32,000 nt of DNA from Acholeplasma laidlawii PG-8A (GTDB lineage: Bacteria; Bacillota_I; Bacilli_A; Acholeplasmatales; Acholeplasmataceae), in assembly GCF_000018785.1 (NCBI RefSeq), contig NC_010163.1, positions 630,001 to 662,000 on the forward strand, in the 5' to 3' direction. Below are positions 27,505 through 32,000 of this stretch, one piece after another. Made by a program: the position numbers and the translations under genes. The notes below the pieces were generated by a model that searched no databases, was not told the DNA's origin, and worked only from the letters and a program-made list of their open reading frames with translations. Every line of letters begins with the position of its first letter. The first letter of the stretch is position 1.

Positions 27505-29949
27505 ATGATTAATGATATTAATAGGTTTATACAATTAGCAGACACTAATAATTTAAAAACAAAAGAAATAGAGACTCAAATTACAAATAATAATAGAGAT
27601 ATTATTGGCAATTTTCATGTAACTGTATCTTTTGGAGTTACAAATGTCGCTAACATACCGTGGTTTTCTATTAGCAGATTTACTGACTATAAAGAAGATG
27701 CTCCGGTTTTTTTGTATTACAAAAAGCAAAACAAATTAGTTCTATCATTTGGTGTTAAAGAGGAAAAAAATAATAAGGATAGTTTGAAATATAATTTTAA
27801 ATGGAATGATTTAATAAGAGAAAATTATCAAACTGTTCAAGAATATTTTGGTGAAAGAGTAGATAGATATGGTGACAGTTATGTGTATAAAACCTTTGAT
27901 GTTGCAAATTCAGTAGTAGCTAATGGAGAATCTATTAGCACTGATTTAACAGAAATGTTAATGACATATAAAAAACAATTACCTTGTGGTTCACTAATTA
28001 ATTATATAAAGGCTAATTATACAAGTTATCTTAATAAATTTTTAGGAGTAATGGATAAAGAAAGAGTGGATTTTCTTAATGCATTCCCGTTAAACAATTT
28101 GTTGAATATAACCTTAGATGATTATAGTAAAAACGGGAATAAAGATTCATTCACAAATTATATTGAAAATAAAACTTCTAACATATGTTCGGGAAATTTA
28201 GGTATAAATCCAAACAAATTATTTTATCCTAAGAATAATGGGTATGAAGTTTTAAGTACAGTAAGTAGTGCATATGAAACGTTCGGATCTGTTAATTTAA
28301 AGTTTGATGAATTCAAGAGAGAATTACACTATTTTATAACGAACTTTAATATTAATAATTATCAAACACTAAATGTATTGAAATTTAGAGCAAATATTAT
28401 AAAGTTCAATGTACTTAGACTATATAGAAATGATGTAGCTTTATATGGTTTGCCATCACAAAGAGAATTGTCTAAGATATTAGTGAAGATAGGGCTGAAC
28501 ATAAATAGCGATGATAGTATTGCAAAAAGCATCATTCTTACTAACTATTTAATTAGTCAAGACCCACAAATTGTAAATTTGAATACGGATATTGTAAATA
28601 GATTAATTTGGGATTACAAAGTTGATTGTATAGATTCTAATGTTAATCAAGAAGATTCAAGCGAAGACTCTAATGAGGAGGAGAAAATTTCAATGAATAA
28701 GAACTTTGATAAGAACTTAATATTATATGGTCCTCCAGGGACAGGTAAAACATATAACACTAAGATATATGCTGTTGCTATTTGCGATGATCTTGATTTA
28801 GATGAAGTAAAAAATCGAAACTATGACGATGTTTTGAAAAGATATGATGAGTTAGTGTTAGAAAACAGAGTTAAATTTACAACGTTCCATCAATCCTATG
28901 GTTATGAAGACTTTATTGAAGGTTTATATCCTGAAATTAAAAATGGCTCTGACCAAATTACTTATCGAGTTAAAGCAGGAGTTTTTAAAGCTTTTTGTGC
29001 GAATGAATCCTTTGATAGTCTTTGGGATTCCTTTGTCTTAGATGTTAAGAATGGAAAAGTTAAATGGGGAGATATTCTCCCTAACGCTGACGAACACAAA
29101 AAAGATACAGTTTTAAGCGTAAATGGCAACGGAAATATTGATCTTCCTTATGCAAACGGGGTTCCATTTACAAGAGAAAATGCAAAAAAAATCTATTTAG
29201 GTCAAGAAGTTGATAACACGCAAAAAGATTATTTTGAAAAAGTATTTAATTATTTCAAGAAAAATTATATGAATAAACAAAATAAGGGCAATAAAAAAGT
29301 GTTTATTATTGACGAAATTAACCGAGGCAATATTTCTAAAATATTTGGAGAATTAATCACCTTAATTGAAGATACAAAACGTAAAGGTGAAAAAGAAGAA
29401 ATGAGTATTACATTACCATACTCTAAAAAACCATTTACAGTTCCAAATAATGTTCACATTCTAGGTACAATGAACACTGCTGACAGATCGATTGCTTTAA
29501 TGGATACAGCATTAAGAAGAAGATTTGCATTTGAAGAGATGATGCCAGAACCAGAACTTATTAAAGCAGAAGTTGATGGATTGAAAATATCTGAGATGTT
29601 GACAGCAATTAACAAAAGAATTGAAGTTTTATATGATAGAGAACATACTATTGGACATGCATTTTTTATGGACAAAAAGTTGGAACTAGGTGATCTAGCT
29701 CACATATTTAAAAATAAAATAATTCCTTTATTACAAGAGTACTTCTATGAGGACTATGAAAAAATCCAATGGGTGCTTGGTGATAATGAAAAAACTGATG
29801 AATCATTTAAATTTATCAAACAAATAAAAAATGAAGCAAATATTTTCAAAGGTAAAAATGGTGCTGATATGAATGCTCTTCCAGAGTATAGATATGAGAT
29901 AAATAAAAAGGCATTTGACAAAATAGAAAGTTACAAACAAATAAAATAA
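27505..29949 (+). CDS. mcrB: McrB-like AAA+ GTPase subunit of a type IV restriction system
   Basis: DUF3578-like N-terminus; LYGPPGTGKTYNT, KKVFIIDEINRGNISKIFGELITLIE, LGTMNTADRSIALMDTALRRRFAFEEM. Confidence 0.93.
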   Translation: MINDINRFIQLADTNNLKTKEIETQITNNNRDIIGNFHVTVSFGVTNVANIPWFSISRFTDYKEDAPVFLYYKKQNKLVLSFGVKEEKNNKDSLKYNFKWNDLIRENYQTVQEYFGERVDRYGDSYVYKTFDVANSVVANGESISTDLTEMLMTYKKQLPCGSLINYIKANYTSYLNKFLGVMDKERVDFLNAFPLNNLLNITLDDYSKNGNKDSFTNYIENKTSNICSGNLGINPNKLFYPKNNGYEVLSTVSSAYETFGSVNLKFDEFKRELHYFITNFNINNYQTLNVLKFRANIIKFNVLRLYRNDVALYGLPSQRELSKILVKIGLNINSDDSIAKSIILTNYLISQDPQIVNLNTDIVNRLIWDYKVDCIDSNVNQEDSSEDSNEEEKISMNKNFDKNLILYGPPGTGKTYNTKIYAVAICDDLDLDEVKNRNYDDVLKRYDELVLENRVKFTTFHQSYGYEDFIEGLYPEIKNGSDQITYRVKAGVFKAFCANESFDSLWDSFVLDVKNGKVKWGDILPNADEHKKDTVLSVNGNGNIDLPYANGVPFTRENAKKIYLGQEVDNTQKDYFEKVFNYFKKNYMNKQNKGNKKVFIIDEINRGNISKIFGELITLIEDTKRKGEKEEMSITLPYSKKPFTVPNNVHILGTMNTADRSIALMDTALRRRFAFEEMMPEPELIKAEVDGLKISEMLTAINKRIEVLYDREHTIGHAFFMDKKLELGDLAHIFKNKIIPLLQEYFYEDYEKIQWVLGDNEKTDESFKFIKQIKNEANIFKGKNGADMNALPEYRYEINKKAFDKIESYKQIK

Positions 29950-29956
29950 TAGATAG

Positions 29957-31261
29957 GTGGTGAACTCAGTGAAAAAGCCTCTGATTGTTAGAGAATATGA
30001 TGAAATTATTAACTTAGATAATAAAAAAGATGGAATGATAGTTAAAACTTTGCCATCTGATACTTTTGATAATTTAAAGCTTTTCATAGAAGAGTTTAAC
30101 ACCGAAATGCATGAAGCTGATGCTCTTGATTTTATGCGAGTTGGATATAAGCGAAACTATGGTGATGTTATTACCATAAGAAATTATGTCGGTTTGATTC
30201 AAATGAATGATGGAACTCAAATAGAAGTATTACCCAAGCTTTCTTTTGAAGGTGAATATGAGACTATTGCTAAGCAAGTCTTTATTAAGATGCTCAGAAG
30301 TCTTAAAGAGTTTTCAGGTAAGGTTTTTAATTCTGCAAGCTTAAATGTTGATCGTATGAATCTTTATGAGATTTTTATTAGCATGTACATTCAAGAAGTG
30401 AGACATTTGGTTAAGACAGGTATCAAGTCTTTTTATGAAACTAAGGAAGATAATCTGAAGGTTTATAAAGGAAAATTAAAAGTAAAAGAGCAACAACGAT
30501 ATAACAATGTCCATAAAGAGAGATTTTTTGTTGCTTATGACGAATATACGACTAATAGACCAGAGAATAGACTAATTAAAAGTACACTGTTAAAGCTGCA
30601 AAAATTGTCGAATTATATAGAAAATGTCAAAGAAATACAAAACCTGTTAAATAGTTTTGAACTAATAGAACCATCTACCAACTTTGATAGTGATTTTTCT
30701 AAGGTTACAATTAATAGAGGTAATAAAGAATACGAAACAATTATGATATGGTCAAAGGTGTTTTTATATAACAGAAGTTTTACTACTTTTTCTGGAAGTA
30801 CTACAGCAAGAGCTTTATTATTCCCAATGGAGAAGATATTTGAATCGTATGTTGCTTCAGAGTTAAAAAAACACTTGCGTGATAAAGACTGGAGTATATC
30901 AACACAAGACAAAGGCTTTTATTTATTCGATGAACCATCCAAGTTTTCACTTAGACCTGATATAGTTATAACTAAAGAAAATGACGAAACAATCATACTG
31001 GATACGAAGTGGAAAATACTAATAGATGATGAACGTAAGAACTATGGTGTTTCACAAGCAGATATGTATCAAATGTATGCATACGCTAAGAAGTATGAAT
31101 CAAAAAAAGTATTCGTTATTTATCCTTTGAACCCAGAAATGAGTAAATACGCTATAGATGGAATCGAATTTAGAAGTGAAGGGATTTCTGTTCAGTTACT
31201 ATTCATTGATTTGTTAAATGTTGATGATAGTCTTAAATACATTACGGACAAAATGATATGA
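29957..31261 (+). CDS. mcrC: McrC-like nuclease subunit
   Basis: Immediately follows mcrB. EVLPKLSFEG..., ENRLIKSTLLKLQKL, FESYVASELKKHL, SLRPDIVITKENDETIILDTKWKIL (PD-(D/E)xK core). Confidence 0.92.
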   Translation: MVNSVKKPLIVREYDEIINLDNKKDGMIVKTLPSDTFDNLKLFIEEFNTEMHEADALDFMRVGYKRNYGDVITIRNYVGLIQMNDGTQIEVLPKLSFEGEYETIAKQVFIKMLRSLKEFSGKVFNSASLNVDRMNLYEIFISMYIQEVRHLVKTGIKSFYETKEDNLKVYKGKLKVKEQQRYNNVHKERFFVAYDEYTTNRPENRLIKSTLLKLQKLSNYIENVKEIQNLLNSFELIEPSTNFDSDFSKVTINRGNKEYETIMIWSKVFLYNRSFTTFSGSTTARALLFPMEKIFESYVASELKKHLRDKDWSISTQDKGFYLFDEPSKFSLRPDIVITKENDETIILDTKWKILIDDERKNYGVSQADMYQMYAYAKKYESKKVFVIYPLNPEMSKYAIDGIEFRSEGISVQLLFIDLLNVDDSLKYITDKMI

Positions 31262-31347
31262 TTTTCTGGAATTCAAAAAAAATTATATTTAATTATTGCT
31301 ATATGTTATTCTCTTCACATAATCAAAGAAAAGGATGTGAAGATTAA

Positions 31348-31857
31348 ATGAATAATGAAAAAATAATTGATATAGGTACTCAAATAGTTTCAAAGATTCT
31401 GGACTTCCCAATACCCGAATTATATATAATAGAACAATCAAAATTGCCAAACAAAGAAATTACAGGTATTTATTCATTTGGTGAAAACGAGATTATATTT
31501 AATGAGGAGTGGGTTAATAGAAGTCAATGGATAGAGGTTATTATTACTGTGTTCCATGAAATGCGTCATGCCTACCAGGGTTATTGCATTAGAACGAAAA
31601 CTAGAGAATCAGCTGAAACTATAAAAGCATGGGAATCTGAAATTAACTGTTATATTATGCCTTCAGGAAAGAATAATGGAATAGATGATCAAAGCTACTT
31701 AACACAAGAAATAGAAATTGATGCGATCGCATTTGCTCATTGGATCGTCAAGAAAGAATTTGATCTAAAAACAGTAATACCGGATTTAATTAAAAAGAAA
31801 GTCAATGAAAAGATTAAGACATTTGAAATTATAGGAATAACTCAAATAAATCTGTAA
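31348..31857 (+). CDS. Zinc metallopeptidase-like protein (ImmA/IrrE-like HExxH)
   Basis: VFHEMRHAYQGY with downstream EIEIDAIAFAHWI (third ligand Glu/Asp region). Confidence 0.6.
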   Translation: MNNEKIIDIGTQIVSKILDFPIPELYIIEQSKLPNKEITGIYSFGENEIIFNEEWVNRSQWIEVIITVFHEMRHAYQGYCIRTKTRESAETIKAWESEINCYIMPSGKNNGIDDQSYLTQEIEIDAIAFAHWIVKKEFDLKTVIPDLIKKKVNEKIKTFEIIGITQINL

Positions 31858-31950
31858 ATAAAGTGGCACTTGCCAGAGGGAGTTACAAATGAGTAGCATC
31901 AATTCATTTTTTGATATTAAATTAGTTTTAAGAAAAGTTGGGATGGATAT

Positions 31951-32000
31951 ATGATTAATTGGCAAACGATATCAGAAAGAATAATGGATTTCATAGATTT
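31951..32000 (+). CDS. Start of a further ORF, truncated by the window edge
   Basis: MINWQTISERIMDFID..., ATG overlapping the TGA of a 21-codon ORF (31889-31954). Confidence 0.35.
   Translation, partial: MINWQTISERIMDFID

Noticed and set aside
29803-30102. 99 aa minus-strand ORF spanning the mcrB-mcrC junction
   Set aside because: Antisense to two strongly supported genes; Phe/Tyr/Leu-rich composition typical of an AT-rich shadow.
1-32000. CRISPR arrays, tRNA or rRNA genes
   Set aside because: No regularly spaced direct repeats, no cloverleaf with a GTTCRANNC-type T-loop and no rRNA-like sequence were recognised by eye. A tRNAscan/CRISPR finder run would be needed to be certain.

Overview
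The window is most of an HK97-type siphoviral prophage (about 1 to 26.4 kb, all + strand), followed by a flanking McrBC locus. The prophage reads in this order: 3' end of a DNA methyltransferase, two paralogous small ORFs, papain-like ORF, phage-borne metK, HNH endonuclease, terminase, portal, protease, capsid, head-tail connectors, major tail protein, tail chaperone with a clear -1 slippery heptamer CCCAAAG, tape measure, Dit/Tal, fibre-like proteins, nucleotidyltransferase-like ORF, two holin-like ORFs, terminators, and a decayed large serine recombinase. TGA is used as a stop, the DNA is AT-rich, and no endolysin follows the holins; this is compatible with a wall-less, standard-code host (Acholeplasma/Izemoplasma-like), but that is inference. 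The strongest candidate for a new system is a ~5.3 kb cargo block (about 3.3-8.64 kb) between the HNH gene and the small terminase. It encodes a DUF4297/Cap4-like nuclease, an SMC/Rad50-like ABC ATPase (Lamassu/ABC-3C-like, with no separate middle component), a SIR2-family protein split into two ORFs, and a DUF2971-like protein. A further HEPN-like ORF lies between terL and portal. Three separate -1 reading-frame breaks (Cap4-like 3' end, SIR2 gene, recombinase) suggest decay or indel-type sequencing errors. Family calls come from motif recognition only; no database search was run.
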